Assembly: GCA_947425005.1 (NCBI GenBank)
Contig: CANDYP010000002.1
Location: forward strand, 1-45,861
Source of the DNA: Rickettsiales bacterium
GTDB lineage: Bacteria > Pseudomonadota > Alphaproteobacteria > Rickettsiales > UBA1997
Direction: 5' to 3'
DNA: 45,861 bases
Shown here: piece after piece, positions 1 to 8,073 of the stretch
Numbering within the stretch: the stretch's first letter is position 1
Layout: each line of letters begins with the position of its first letter
Notes under the pieces: model-generated
Seen by the model: only the letters and a program-made list of their open reading frames with translations
Database searches by the model: none
Told to the model about the DNA's origin: nothing
Made by a program: the position numbers and the translations under genes

Positions 1-39
1 CCTGATAAGGGGGGTAGGGGGGTTTCTCGTCACAAACTC
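1..39. repeat. Family-A GC-rich palindromic element, right arm only (cut by window edge)
   Basis: cctgataaggggggtaggggggtttctcgtcacaaactc matches the right arm of the full copy at 8881-8993 almost base for base. Confidence 0.85.
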
Positions 40-96
40 TTACTAACATCCCCCCACTTCCCAATTTCAATAACTCAAACAATCTAATCTAATTTT

Positions 97-783
97 ATGG
101 ACAAAGCCGCTTCATTTTCTCTCGTTAGTCTCATCAGCCAAGCCGACATTGTCGTGCAATCAGTAATGGCGCTGCTTGCCATCGCGTCCTTGTGGTCTTG
201 GACAATCATCTTTGACAAGATGATGAAATTTGCCATTCTCAAAAGACGCAGCGATAAATTCGAAAAATCTTTTGAAACCATGGTGTTGGAAGACATTGAA
301 GCTGAGGCGCAAGCTAATAACAACCATCCGCTATCCCGCGTCTTTCTAGCTTGCATGAAGGAGTGGCAGTCGAACAATATCAAGCAGATCAGCATTGATG
401 GCGGCGACAAAAAGACCGGATTGAAAGAAAGATTAAACGGCGCCATGCAAGTCGCGGCTAATCAATCGATGCAAAAGTTGGAAGATGGTTTGGGGTTTTT
501 GGCAGTGGTCGGCTCTTCGATGCCTTTCGTCGGACTCTTCGGCACGGTGTGGGGAATTATGAACAGCTTTCAGGGGATTGCGGTGAGCAAGAATACCAGC
601 CTGTCAGTGGTTGCTCCGGGAATTGCTGAGGCCTTGTTGGCAACCGGTATCGGCCTATTCGCTGCGATTCCCGCGGTGTTCTTTTACAATATTTTTTCAG
701 GAAAAATTAATCGTTTTTCTGAGCGGGTGCAGAATTTCTCGACGCAACTGCTGAATATGTTTTCGAAGGAATTGGATCGGTAG
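97..783 (+). CDS. tolQ: TolQ (MotA/TolQ/ExbB proton-channel family)
   Basis: 228 aa with three hydrophobic segments. The block MPFVGLFGTVWGIMNSF...IAEALLATGIGLFAAIPAV is typical of TolQ/ExbB. Confidence 0.88.
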   Translation: MDKAASFSLVSLISQADIVVQSVMALLAIASLWSWTIIFDKMMKFAILKRRSDKFEKSFETMVLEDIEAEAQANNNHPLSRVFLACMKEWQSNNIKQISIDGGDKKTGLKERLNGAMQVAANQSMQKLEDGLGFLAVVGSSMPFVGLFGTVWGIMNSFQGIAVSKNTSLSVVAPGIAEALLATGIGLFAAIPAVFFYNIFSGKINRFSERVQNFSTQLLNMFSKELDR

Positions 784-801
784 TTGATTTGGAATACGAG
801 G

Positions 802-902
802 CTGGAGAGCCATAGACCCCGGAACAAGTCCGGGGTGACGGAGTGGGAAGAGGTGTCCTCCAGACTTGTCACTCGGATTTGTTCCGGGGTCTATTGCTCC
901 AG
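802..902. repeat. Family-E palindromic element (~100 bp)
   Basis: ctggagagccatagaccccggaacaa (802-827) is the near-perfect reverse complement of ttgttccggggtctattgctccag (879-902). There are inner sub-hairpins (accccgga/tccggggt). Confidence 0.75.
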
Positions 903-915
903 TTGCGAACTTTTC

Positions 916-1098
916 TTAAAAATCAATCGCCCGACAATTCACCTGCCAGTCGCCGAAGTGGGTAGGGTCTAGCTCTTTTTCTAAATTAGTTTTTTGTAAG
1001 GTTTTTTCTTCTGACTTCTTCTGCTCATCATTTTTTTCAGCATTTGTGGATACGCATCCACAAGATGACTTACCGCATTTTCCTTCTTCTGATTTCAT
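916..1098 (-). CDS. DUF1674 / SDHAF4-like small protein
   Basis: 60 aa. The C-terminus PTHFGDWQVNCRAIDF resembles the (Y/F)GDW...(C/V)xDF C-terminal signature of DUF1674/succinate dehydrogenase assembly factor 4. Confidence 0.7.
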   Translation of the reverse strand: MKSEEGKCGKSSCGCVSTNAEKNDEQKKSEEKTLQKTNLEKELDPTHFGDWQVNCRAIDF

Positions 1099-1104
1099 AA
1101 ATTA

Positions 1105-1512
1105 TTAATGTTCCTGCCCTTGTTGTTGTGAAGGCATTATCGACTGGTAGCCTTGACCGGCGCTGAGTTGCTGTCCTGGAGTTACTGCGGTTAAATTAGC
1201 TTTCGACATTTCTGATTCAATCGGGCCAATAGCTGCGGAAGTTGAGAATTTCATTGGCGCTAGAGTGTCCCCCATCTTGTCGGCAAAGCTGAAAACGCTT
1301 TGTCCTAAAGCGGCGTCTTGAGTTGGGAAAACAGTGGATAGGTTTCCGCCAAGTCCAAAATCAATGCTGCCACCTATTTTAGAATGTTCATCAATATTAG
1401 CGCTCAGAACATCGGCACCACCGCTTGGAATACTACTGCTGCTGCGGTGATTGCCGCCACCTGAATGGTTCTGCAGTTCAAAAGAACTTGGGCCCTGAGC
1501 AAGATCTGACAT
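1105..1512 (-). CDS. Hypothetical protein, Gly/Ser/Gln-rich and probably disordered
   Basis: 135-aa ORF packed 8 nt after the maeB stop and 6 nt before the DUF1674 gene on the same strand. No TM segment or signal peptide, and no motif I recognise. Confidence 0.45.
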   Translation of the reverse strand: MSDLAQGPSSFELQNHSGGGNHRSSSSIPSGGADVLSANIDEHSKIGGSIDFGLGGNLSTVFPTQDAALGQSVFSFADKMGDTLAPMKFSTSAAIGPIESEMSKANLTAVTPGQQLSAGQGYQSIMPSQQQGQEH

Positions 1513-1520
1513 ATTTTAGA

Positions 1521-3818
1521 TTATTCGTTACTAGTCGCAGCAAGTGCTGCCATATTGATGATCTCATTGATTGAGGAGCGCATCGTGACAATTTGTACAG
1601 GCTTTTCCAAGCCGTGGAGGATTGGGCCAACGACTGTGCAATTTCCAAGCTCTTCCAAAAGCTTGGTAGCAATTGAAGCTGAATGCAGGCCGGGGCAAAT
1701 CAAAATATTTGCTGGCGCAGTTAAGCGACAGAAAGGATATCTCGACATTTTATCGGCATTCAAAGCCACGTCAGCAGTCATTTCGCCGTCATATTCGAAA
1801 TTAACTTTTATGCCGTCAAGCAAGGCTACGGCGTGTTTGATTCGGCTGGATTCTGTTTTTAAAGCAGAGCCAAAATTTGAGAATGACAAGAAAGCGACGC
1901 GAGGTTGGTAGCCCAATTGACGCACTTTGTCAGCGGTTTGAATGGCAATGCTGACTAGATGTTCAGGAGAAGAAAGTTCGGAACAAGCGGTGTCGGAAAT
2001 GAAAATGGTGCGACCTTTAGAGATCACCATTGAAATGCCCAAAACGATTTTGTCTTTTTTGTTTTTGATTACTTTCCAAACATCGGTGAGGGATTGGCGG
2101 TAACCGCGAGTAAGGCCGGTAACCAGCGCATCGCCGTGTCCGCAGGCCAGCATTGAGGCGGCAAAAATGTTGCGGTCATTTTTTACCATGCGGGAGCAGT
2201 CAGAGCGTAACACGCCTTCGCGTTGCAATTTTTTGTAAAGGTAATCAGTGAATTTGTTGTTATCAGAGGACATTGAGGCGTTGTAGATCTCGATGCCTTT
2301 TGGATCGACATTGGCTTCAGCCATATTTTCCAAAATGCGCTTTTCTTTGCCGATTAGGATTGGCTTGCCGTAGCCGGAATCACGCCACATTGCAGCAGCG
2401 CGGATGATTTCCGGTTGTTCACCTTCAGCGAAAATTACTTTTTTTGGATTACGTTCGAGCTTGTCGAAAATCATGCTCATGGAGTTGACTGTAGGGTCAC
2501 GGCGAGCCTGCAATTGGCGGGTGTAAGCGTCCCAATCTGTAATTGGCTTGCGGGCGACACCGGTTGCAACCGCGGCTTTAGCGACGGCAACTGGTACGAC
2601 ATGAATCAAACGTGAATCAAAAGGAGTTGGAATAATGTATTGTGGGCCGAATTTCATGTCGCGATTGCCGTAAGCTTTCATTACTTCTTCAGGCACATGT
2701 TCGCGGGCTAAGTCAGCAAGAGCTTTGGCGGCGGCGATTTTCATTTCTTCGTTAATCGTTGAGGCGCGTACATCAAGAGCGCCGCGGAAAATGTAAGGGA
2801 AGCCCATTACGTTGTTCACTTGGTTTGGATAGTCAGAGCGGCCCGTTGCAACAATGGCATCGGAGCGGGTGGCGTGAACTTCTTCTGGCGTGATTTCCGG
2901 ATCCGGGTTGGCCATTGCGAAAATCACCGGATTTTTCGCCATTGATTTAACCATTTCTTTGGTCACTGCACCTTTGACCGACAATCCTAAAAATACGTCA
3001 GCGCCTTTCATAGCTTCGGCCAAAGTGCGGGCTTTGGTATTGGCGGCGTGGGCGGATTTCCACTGATTCATTCCTTCGGTACGGCCTTTGTAAATTGTGC
3101 CTTTAGTGTCACACAAAATGGCGTTGTCGTGCGGCAATCCCATTGCTTTCAAAAGTTCAAGGCAAGCGATGCCCGCAGCGCCGGCGCCGTTCACGATCAC
3201 TTTAAGATCTTTAAATTTTTTGCCGGAAATGTGTAAAGCGTTCAAAATACCGGCGGCAGACACGATTGCCGTGCCGTGTTGGTCGTCGTGGAAAACTGGG
3301 ATGTCCATTAATTCACGTAACTTGCTTTCAATGATGAAGCATTCTGGAGCTTTGATGTCTTCAAGGTTGATGCCGCCCCAGGTTGGCCCTAAATATTTTA
3401 CGGCGTTGATGAATTCGTCAGCGTTTTCGGTGGCGACTTCAATGTCGACCGAATCAATATCGGCGAAGCGTTTGAACAAAACTGATTTGCCTTCCATTAC
3501 TGGCTTGCCGGCTAGAGCGCCGAGATTTCCAAGGCCAAGTACAGCAGTGCCGTTTGAAATGACGGCGACGTAATTTCCTTTAGCGGTGTAGTCGTAAGCG
3601 AGGTCAGGATTTTTTTGAATTTCTAAACAAGGAACGGCAACTCCCGGAGAGTAGGCCAGAGCAAGGTCGCGCTGAGTATTAAGTGGTTTGGTTGGTTGCA
3701 TTGAAACTTTGCCGGGCTGACCCTGCATGTGAAATTGTAGCGCTTCGAGATCTTTGGAATTTTGTGTTGTGGATTTGGTTGACGAATTGTTTTTTACCGC
3801 GTCTTTTTTGCTAGCCAT
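1521..3818 (-). CDS. maeB: NADP-dependent malic enzyme (malic enzyme fused to a PTA-like domain)
   Basis: About 765 aa from MASKKD (the ORF-track start at 3860 is probably too far upstream). Conserved blocks: LALAYSPGVA, FHDDQHGTAIV, VNGAGAAG. The C-terminal phosphate-acetyltransferase-like half is typical of MaeB. Confidence 0.93.
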   Translation of the reverse strand: MASKKDAVKNNSSTKSTTQNSKDLEALQFHMQGQPGKVSMQPTKPLNTQRDLALAYSPGVAVPCLEIQKNPDLAYDYTAKGNYVAVISNGTAVLGLGNLGALAGKPVMEGKSVLFKRFADIDSVDIEVATENADEFINAVKYLGPTWGGINLEDIKAPECFIIESKLRELMDIPVFHDDQHGTAIVSAAGILNALHISGKKFKDLKVIVNGAGAAGIACLELLKAMGLPHDNAILCDTKGTIYKGRTEGMNQWKSAHAANTKARTLAEAMKGADVFLGLSVKGAVTKEMVKSMAKNPVIFAMANPDPEITPEEVHATRSDAIVATGRSDYPNQVNNVMGFPYIFRGALDVRASTINEEMKIAAAKALADLAREHVPEEVMKAYGNRDMKFGPQYIIPTPFDSRLIHVVPVAVAKAAVATGVARKPITDWDAYTRQLQARRDPTVNSMSMIFDKLERNPKKVIFAEGEQPEIIRAAAMWRDSGYGKPILIGKEKRILENMAEANVDPKGIEIYNASMSSDNNKFTDYLYKKLQREGVLRSDCSRMVKNDRNIFAASMLACGHGDALVTGLTRGYRQSLTDVWKVIKNKKDKIVLGISMVISKGRTIFISDTACSELSSPEHLVSIAIQTADKVRQLGYQPRVAFLSFSNFGSALKTESSRIKHAVALLDGIKVNFEYDGEMTADVALNADKMSRYPFCRLTAPANILICPGLHSASIATKLLEELGNCTVVGPILHGLEKPVQIVTMRSSINEIINMAALAATSNE

Positions 3819-3902
3819 GTTGGGGGGATAAAAAGAGTTGAGAGTTCGAGGGATGAACAAGGGGAGTGACAGGGCGGCGAAAGTTAGTTTTCAGAAATCT
3901 TA

Positions 3903-4655
3903 ATGTCAAAAAATATGCAGATCGACAAAAGCAAAAAATTTTCACAATTTTTTGACGCCAAAAAAGAGCCAAGAAAAATTGATTTTTTGGTGTTGCATCA
4001 CGTGGAGGCAAATTCTGCGGAACACGCAATTGAACAATTTTTTGAGCATCAAGTGAGCTCACATTTTCTGATTGATGAGCAGGGAAATATTTTTGAATTG
4101 GTGGATGAGAATAACGTGGCGTACCACGCGGGAGTCAGCTTCTGGCGTGGCTTTGAGGCTCTTAATCAAAATTCAATTGGCGTCGAATTTATTAACGCAG
4201 CGCCTTTTTCTAAAAAATTCGAAGCAGCGCAAATGCTTGCGGGAGTTCAACTTTGCAAATATTTGGTCGCGAAATATCAAATTGCGGCGGGAAATATTGT
4301 AGGGCATTCCGACATTGGTTACGTGAAAGAAACTGGAATTTTGGATCGTAAACAAGATCCGTCACATCTTTTTGATTGGAAGTTTTTGGCGGAGAATGGC
4401 GTCGGAATTTTTGTTCCAGCTGCACTGAGCAAGCAGAAAATATTTGAGCTTGGAAATAAAGATGCGGGCATTCTTTTGATCAAAGAAAATCTAAAAAAAT
4501 TTGGCTACCGCGTGACGAATTTAAGCAATGAATTTGATGCTGAAATGCAAGCTTTGGTGCGGGTTTTTAACCGTCGGTTTATCGGGAAGGATTTGGATGT
4601 GTGGTGTGAGGGATCGCAACAAGCCTTAACAAAGGTGATTTTGACTGAGATGTAA
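3903..4655 (+). CDS. N-acetylmuramoyl-L-alanine amidase (AmpD/PGRP amidase_2 fold) with C-terminal peptidoglycan-binding repeat
   Basis: FLVLHH...SSHFLIDEQGNIFELV...AYHAGVSFWRG...SIGVEF...GHSDI is the amidase_2 pattern. The C-terminus LIKENLKKFGY...FDAEMQALVRVFNRRF looks like a PG_binding_1 domain. Confidence 0.85.
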   Translation: MSKNMQIDKSKKFSQFFDAKKEPRKIDFLVLHHVEANSAEHAIEQFFEHQVSSHFLIDEQGNIFELVDENNVAYHAGVSFWRGFEALNQNSIGVEFINAAPFSKKFEAAQMLAGVQLCKYLVAKYQIAAGNIVGHSDIGYVKETGILDRKQDPSHLFDWKFLAENGVGIFVPAALSKQKIFELGNKDAGILLIKENLKKFGYRVTNLSNEFDAEMQALVRVFNRRFIGKDLDVWCEGSQQALTKVILTEM

Positions 4656-4700
4656 TGCTTTCACGCCTTGCTTGGACAAAAATACTTGCGACGAGATGGG

Positions 4701-4718
4701 CCCCGTCATTCGACGGGG
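4701..4718. terminator. Hairpin between convergent genes (possible bidirectional terminator)
   Basis: ccccgtc-attc-gacgggg lies between the amidase stop (4655) and the pilin-like gene stop (4740). There is no clear U-tract. The adjoining ggggtgacgga also occurs inside family E (832-842). Confidence 0.3.
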
Positions 4719-4739
4719 TGACGGATGAGAGTAGGGTGG

Positions 4740-7313
4740 TTAATAAGGATTAAGAATTGAGCCGAAATTCTGTTGATTATTTGAGCATGAGGCGCCCCAA
4801 GAGCCATTGTAACCATTGCCAGCATTAACATCATCTCTGCAATAAAGCTTTGCGTAATAACGACCGTCCACACATTTGAAGGTAAAGTTCGCGCTAGAGT
4901 CATCGTGGTGAGCTTGATACTGACAACGTCTTTCTTCTATAAGATGTTGCGATCCAGCTGGAGTGAGAAGATGTTGAGCTGTTGGAGCGCTACCGCCAGA
5001 ATTCTGGCAGTTAGAGCCCGTTAAACCATAGCAGTCAAAATCATTTATTCCTGCACTAGTCCTATATTTGCCAAAACAATAATTTGCTCCGCTTGGCGTC
5101 GAAGTGGATGTTGCGACAATGGTACTTTTTGCGCCGGTAAGGCTAGTACAACCTTTGCAAGAGGTGCAGGCATTTGAAATTACCCACGTACCATTAGAGC
5201 AAGTGACATATGGGGCGGCGGATATTCTGTCGGTAGTTGTAAATTTATTTGTGCCGTCAATTTCAACGTTACAGATGTCGACTTCGCCAGAGGTGTAGGT
5301 TCTACTAAAATCACTTGCAGCGCCTATGTAAGAGTGTCCAAAGCCAGAGTTACATCTTAAGTTGATGGTGGCTCCGTCGACAGAAGCCCCTGCAGAGTAG
5401 CTTGGATCGTAGGCATTCGCGGTGGTGTAGTATTGGCTTTTGGTGCAAGAGAGTGCAGCGCAGGTTGATGCATCATCAGTGTCAAGATCGGTAAGAAAGC
5501 TTAGTTGATAAGCTGGAGAGACGGACGTTTGGTGAGCGTTAACACTGGAAGTTGCATCACAAGCACTACCCCAAGAGTTATCGTGTCCATTGCCTAGATC
5601 TGCTTCATCGCTACAAGCCATTTTTATATTAAAACGACCATCAACACATTTAGACCAAATTACAGAGCTAGAATTGTCGTTATGACCTTGATACTGACAG
5701 TTATCAAGTGCACTTCCATGCGATAATGATGTCATTGAAAGGGCATGTTCTGAGAAGCTGTAGCTGGTACAGTCACTGGCTATGCCATTAATGTAGTAAC
5801 AGTCGTAATTTCCTGACCAGCCACTGGAGTTTTCATTTCGGAATTTACCCTTGCAGATGTTGGTAGATGAACCGTTGTTATCGTCACTATAATCGTAGAC
5901 TACATATGTTTCTGCGCCACTTACCGAAGAAGAGCAATCCCGGCAAGGGCTGCATGGATTATCTATTAAACCAGCAGTGCCACTTACATGGTTTTTCCAA
6001 GTTCCGTTGTCGCAATATACTGATGGGGCGGTGGCGATTCTATCGGTTGTGTTAAAGGGTTGAACTCCATCTACTCGAGGGTGACATAAGTCCACTTGGC
6101 CATCAGCTGTGGAAGGGTTGGTAAAGCTTCTTGAACTTCCGATCGCATGCCCAGATCCGGGATTGCATCTTAAGTTCGAAATAGTGGTGCCGCTGGCTAA
6201 ATATTCGCTGCGAGCAGCGTAACCGGAATCATGGGCATGTCCATCAGATCCACCATAAGAACAACTTTTTTGACAATAGCCGACGAAGCAAGTGGATGAT
6301 CCAGGAGTGTTGTCATAAGTACATTCAGTAGGGGTTTCCCAGATGCCTTTCAAACTACATTTTCTGGTGGGGTGACTTACAGAATCTCTCCAATATAAAG
6401 GGCAGGCTGTGGGGGAGATTACTGTTTGATCGTGATATGATTTTGGCCAAACTACTTCCGTGCCATCAGTCGTGTGACCAAGTTCGCCACAATATTTATT
6501 CTGAGTTTGTGCAGCACAAGGAACCAAGGTCCAAGCTCCAAAATCATCAAACATTTGGTTTCTGGTTTTGTAAAAAACTACGTCATCAAAATCAGAAGCG
6601 GCAGCAGAGCCAAGGAAGGTGCTGTCAAATGTAGAAGTTGCCGGCGAGACACCATCATTCACTGAAGATAAATCGTTACTCGATTCGTTGCTAACTGAAG
6701 TTGAAGGGCTTGCAGAGTTGGCGGAGTAAGCTCCAGACTGATTAGCTCCACGACTCATCAAAACAAACATCGCGTTAGTTTCAGATGTGCCGCTAATCGT
6801 GATATGTTGGTAAGTAACAGTTCCTCCATCGGCAGCTTCAATGATGCTATTTTCAAAACTATCTGAAGAGGTTGTGGCCAGTCTTCTGTCGACGACGTAA
6901 ACAATTTTATTGCCGTAAGCATCTTCAGCAACGCTACTACTTAACCCCAAAGCCTGAATTGGCACCATTCCGTAGATCAAGTTAGAAGTGGTTGATTTGT
7001 AAATACCAGCATCGCTGCAATCAGTAGCATTGGACGGTGATCCGTAGGCTGTTGAGGTGTTTTTAATATCCGTGATTGGAGCTGGACAAGGAAGGCTGCC
7101 AGTATTCTGCAAATATCTTCCCAAGGCCTGGTAAATTATGGCAATATTGTCGCTGCTGCTTTTAGATTTAGAGTTGATGGTCTTACTAGTTGTTACCGAC
7201 AGAACCCCTACAATGACAACCGACAGTACGGCAATGATGATGGAAAGCTCAATCAAGCTGAAAGCTTTGCTGAATTTTTTACGATTAAATTTTTTTGTAA
7301 AAAGCTGTCTCAT
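4740..7313 (-). CDS. Giant prepilin-leader (type IV pilin/pseudopilin-like) protein with duplicated Cys-rich ectodomain
   Basis: 857 aa. The N-terminus is a basic leader, then KA|FSLIE with Glu at +5, then a ~20-residue hydrophobic helix, which is the class-III (prepilin) signal. The pilin-like head includes EDAYGNKIVYVVD. A Ser/Thr-rich linker follows, then ~600 aa with 38 Cys, including two homologous 14-Cys modules. Confidence 0.8.
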   Translation of the reverse strand: MRQLFTKKFNRKKFSKAFSLIELSIIIAVLSVVIVGVLSVTTSKTINSKSKSSSDNIAIIYQALGRYLQNTGSLPCPAPITDIKNTSTAYGSPSNATDCSDAGIYKSTTSNLIYGMVPIQALGLSSSVAEDAYGNKIVYVVDRRLATTSSDSFENSIIEAADGGTVTYQHITISGTSETNAMFVLMSRGANQSGAYSANSASPSTSVSNESSNDLSSVNDGVSPATSTFDSTFLGSAAASDFDDVVFYKTRNQMFDDFGAWTLVPCAAQTQNKYCGELGHTTDGTEVVWPKSYHDQTVISPTACPLYWRDSVSHPTRKCSLKGIWETPTECTYDNTPGSSTCFVGYCQKSCSYGGSDGHAHDSGYAARSEYLASGTTISNLRCNPGSGHAIGSSRSFTNPSTADGQVDLCHPRVDGVQPFNTTDRIATAPSVYCDNGTWKNHVSGTAGLIDNPCSPCRDCSSSVSGAETYVVYDYSDDNNGSSTNICKGKFRNENSSGWSGNYDCYYINGIASDCTSYSFSEHALSMTSLSHGSALDNCQYQGHNDNSSSVIWSKCVDGRFNIKMACSDEADLGNGHDNSWGSACDATSSVNAHQTSVSPAYQLSFLTDLDTDDASTCAALSCTKSQYYTTANAYDPSYSAGASVDGATINLRCNSGFGHSYIGAASDFSRTYTSGEVDICNVEIDGTNKFTTTDRISAAPYVTCSNGTWVISNACTSCKGCTSLTGAKSTIVATSTSTPSGANYCFGKYRTSAGINDFDCYGLTGSNCQNSGGSAPTAQHLLTPAGSQHLIEERRCQYQAHHDDSSANFTFKCVDGRYYAKLYCRDDVNAGNGYNGSWGASCSNNQQNFGSILNPY

Positions 7314-7346
7314 GATTTTTTCTGTATTGACTAATTTTAGAAACTT

Positions 7347-8069
7347 TCAGCGAAAAACTGTCTTAGCGATTGTCAGTGCCGTCACTTTTTTCGCCCCAGC
7401 TTTTTTCAAAACTTTGGCGCAATTTTCTAAAGTGGCTCCGGTTGTGATTACGTCGTCGATTAGGAGAATTCTTTTATTTTTTACGGTTTGAAAATATTTC
7501 GGATTTAAAGCGAATGCGCTCTTCAGATTTTTTTTGCGCTGCTTTTTTCGGAGCGTAACTTGAGCTGCGGTATTTTTGATACGCAACAAAAAATCAGGAT
7601 AAAACTTTGTTGTGGGTGTGTGTTGTAGCATTGCGCGGCACAAGAGCGAAGCTTGGTTAAATTTTCTCTGACGCAATCTTTTTTTATGAAGTGGTACTGC
7701 TACGATAAGATCAATATTTGTTAGTTCGGCACGACTTCTGTGAAATAAAAATTTTGCTAATTTTTTGGCGATGTAAGTGGTGTCGCGATATTTAAATTGG
7801 CTGATTATTTTTTTAATAATTTCGTTGTAGCGAAAGACCGTGATCGTTTTGTCGTAAGCTGGCGGGTCGCTTAAACAAGAGGCGCAGGTCAAATCATCGC
7901 TCACCTTAAAATCAAAAGGATGCGCGCAAATTTTGCATTTCGGCTCAGTAATGAATTGCAATTTTTGCCAGCAATCACTACAAAATAGACCTTCCGCACT
8001 AATTATTTTTTCGCAGTACAAGCAGTGACTTGGAAAAATAATTTCCAAGATTTTCTTAAAAAATTTCAT
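7347..8069 (-). CDS. comF: ComF-family protein (ComFC-like; zinc-ribbon plus phosphoribosyltransferase fold)
   Basis: 240 aa. The N-terminus has CxxC...CxxC...CxxC...CxxC, and the C-terminus has the PRTase motif ILLIDDVITTGATL. Confidence 0.82.
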   Translation of the reverse strand: MKFFKKILEIIFPSHCLYCEKIISAEGLFCSDCWQKLQFITEPKCKICAHPFDFKVSDDLTCASCLSDPPAYDKTITVFRYNEIIKKIISQFKYRDTTYIAKKLAKFLFHRSRAELTNIDLIVAVPLHKKRLRQRKFNQASLLCRAMLQHTPTTKFYPDFLLRIKNTAAQVTLRKKQRKKNLKSAFALNPKYFQTVKNKRILLIDDVITTGATLENCAKVLKKAGAKKVTALTIAKTVFR

Positions 8070-8073
8070 TTAC

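Noticed and set aside
784-972. 62-aa plus-strand ORF after tolQ (a possible tolR?)
   Set aside because: It lies entirely within the family-E palindrome and overlaps the DUF1674 gene on the other strand. It has no TM helix and no TolR/ExbD resemblance.
3097-3573. 158-aa ORF antisense to maeB (similar antisense ORFs exist inside ileS, ppdK, uup, hom, glyS and the SRPBCC gene)
   Set aside because: These are typical antisense open frames within strongly supported genes. Their composition is low-complexity Ala/Ser/Pro-rich, with no motifs or start context.
3819-3890. Possible degenerate family-A remnant in the maeB/amidase divergent spacer (ttggggggat...gagttcgag...acaaggggagtgacaggg)
   Set aside because: Only short scattered matches (gagttcg, acaagggg) were found and no arm symmetry. 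This is too weak to call without a statistical alignment.
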